Assembly: GCA_965197805.1 (NCBI GenBank)
Contig: OZ240229.1
Location: forward strand, 3,589,039-3,653,038
Direction of reading: 5' to 3'
DNA: 64,000 bases
Source of the DNA: Dehalococcoidia bacterium
Lineage (GTDB): Bacteria > Chloroflexota > Dehalococcoidia > Lucifugimonadales > JAAXIE01
Shown: one piece after another, positions 63,665 through 64,000 of the stretch
Layout of the letters: every line of letters begins with the position of its first letter
Numbering within the stretch: position 1 is the first letter of the stretch
The notes under the pieces: generated by a model
Databases searched by the model: none
Told to the model about the DNA's origin: nothing
Seen by the model: only the letters and a program-made list of their open reading frames with translations
Made by a program: the position numbers and the translations under genes

Positions 63665-64000
63665 TTAGATTATCCGAAGAATGTGGTGGAATATCTCTTG
63701 AACGAAATCATCCCATGCTGCTTGGTCGTGCAGGATATGGTAGAGAGAGAAGTCCCTTCTCATGCGTAGTTCATTCAATCGCCTTCGCATTTCAGGGGTG
63801 ACTACGCCCAGGACTGCGAAGTTCTGCGCCCTGGCAGGGGTTTCGTCGAAGCTCTTCTGTACAGCCCCCAGACGTTCCAAGGCGCCCGCAGGGTCAGTGC
63901 CACTCTTGATTTCTATGGTGGACACGGTCCCCCAGTCGCCATTCGAGGCTAGTCTTTCAAAGTAGATATCCGGCTCAGACGCATACACCATCCGTAGAGC
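63665..64000 (-). CDS. PD-(D/E)xK nuclease-fold protein, probable type II restriction endonuclease C-terminal part (gene may continue beyond the window)
   Basis: EPDIYF...(22 aa)...IEIKSGTDPAGALERLGAVQKSF fits a PD...ExK catalytic core. From memory it resembles XcyI/Cfr9I-type enzymes, which I cannot verify here. Confidence 0.4.
   Translation of the reverse strand, partial: ALRMVYASEPDIYFERLASNGDWGTVSTIEIKSGTDPAGALERLGAVQKSFDETPARAQNFAVLGVVTPEMRRRLNELRMRRDFSLYHILHDQAAWDDFVQEIFHHILRII

Overview
GC-rich bacterial chromosomal segment. Reading from the ORF translations, it is dominated by catabolic oxidoreductases: two Rieske oxygenase alpha subunits, five SDRs, MaoC hydratases, an LLM oxidoreductase, a GMC oxidoreductase, a CoxL-like molybdoenzyme, an HpaB-family monooxygenase and an amidohydrolase. 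Housekeeping genes are interspersed (pcrA, acs, thrC, 3-oxoacid CoA-transferase A/B, nudC). There are two ABC import operons: a BtuFCD-like operon behind a cobalamin riboswitch and a five-gene Dpp/Opp-like operon. A DUF1800-DUF1501-NHL cluster and one tRNA-Arg(TCT) are also present. This gene content, plus lipoproteins with Pro/Thr-rich linkers, is reminiscent of marine Chloroflexota (SAR202-like); that placement is only an inference. Accessory content includes HigBA, a TumE-like (DUF6516) pair, two orphan RHH proteins and a class II Fic protein with a palindromic operator array. Many accessory genes are decayed: a tyrosine integrase next to the tRNA, a Calx-beta fragment, a T5orf172 C-terminus, an Mrr-like nuclease, a sensor kinase/OmpR pair and a cysK fragment. 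Four things deserve most attention. (1) Two AhpD/CMD-family genes each have a single in-frame TGA exactly at the CxxC redox position, followed by a hairpin, making them candidate selenoproteins that ORF callers split. (2) A family of non-coding word-array loci (about 6161-6296, 14561-14773, 58789-59172) shares scaffold words (CAGATAC, CAGCTACAA/GA) but iterates a different 9-17-mer at each locus. Two of these loci are preceded by the same promoter-plus-hairpin module. (3) An HpaB-family gene is bracketed by direct repeats of the neighbouring MFS gene tail and interrupted by a 9-bp microsatellite. (4) The stop-proximal 13-17 bp of three genes is tandemly duplicated. No CRISPR array, rRNA or intact mobile element was seen.
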